Of a DNA stretch of 46,597 nucleotides, positions 46,467 through 46,597 are shown piece by piece. The notes beneath the pieces are model-generated. The model worked only from the letters and a program-made list of their open reading frames with translations. It did not search any database and was not told the DNA's origin. Location: NCBI GenBank assembly GCA_043718025.1, contig JAYSWN010000211.1:1-46597 (forward strand), written 5' to 3'. The stretch's first letter is position 1, and every line of letters begins with the position of its first letter. The DNA comes from Pseudomonadota bacterium (lineage in GTDB: Bacteria > Bdellovibrionota > FAC87 > UBA2466). Made by a program: the position numbers and the translations under genes.

Positions 46467-46493
46467 TTATCGGGCTGCGTCGTGCAAGCTTTA
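46467..46493 (-). promoter_or_regulatory. Putative sigma28/FliA promoter immediately before GTG 46460
   Basis: Minus strand TAAA-N15-CCCGATAA (near-consensus), then 6 nt to GTG. Confidence 0.68.
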
Positions 46494-46597
46494 GCTTTGG
46501 TGTGATTTTTGGGCGATATGGTCGCCCTAATTCCCCAGCGATATTGTCGCCCCGTTAGTAATTCATCGGCTTTTTAGGAAGCTTTGCGGAGTACGGG

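Noticed and set aside
45207..46597. tRNA-Leu as an integration site for a genomic island
   Set aside because: No integrase and no duplicated tRNA 3' end seen in the window.
1..46597. CRISPR array, rRNA, prophage or defence system
   Set aside because: No regularly spaced direct repeats, rRNA-like sequence, or recognisable phage or defence genes seen.

Overview
Compact bacterial chromosomal window, most consistent with a Bdellovibrionota/delta-proteobacterial organism (inferred from the Glt gliding-type operon, FliA-type promoters and many secreted orphans). From left to right: the translation cluster thrS-infC(ATT start)-rpmI-rplT-pheS' with ilvE; a six-gene Glt-like envelope operon (OM beta-barrel, GltC, GltD/AgmU, GltE/AglT, GltF, GltG); an OPT transporter, MscS, Rsm22-like methyltransferase, Rep/UvrD helicase, SprT-like, M16 and M50-like peptidases, PhoD, HldD-like epimerase, Maf/YceF, proline dehydrogenase, MFS transporter, tRNA-Leu(TAA) and a 180-bp MITE. 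Four observations stand out. (1) A secreted 1962-aa protein has a ~1300-aa coiled coil bisected almost exactly by a PPMTP turn, suggesting a ~95-nm antiparallel hairpin rod. (2) Five sigma54 (-24/-12) promoters all precede secreted orphan genes, including that rod. (3) Twelve [DE]RR motifs in the GltG cytoplasmic linker form a candidate c-di-GMP-binding array. (4) Three or four FliA-type CCGATAA boxes lie only 6-7 nt before start codons, implying leaderless mRNAs. All calls come from manual motif reading; no searches were run.
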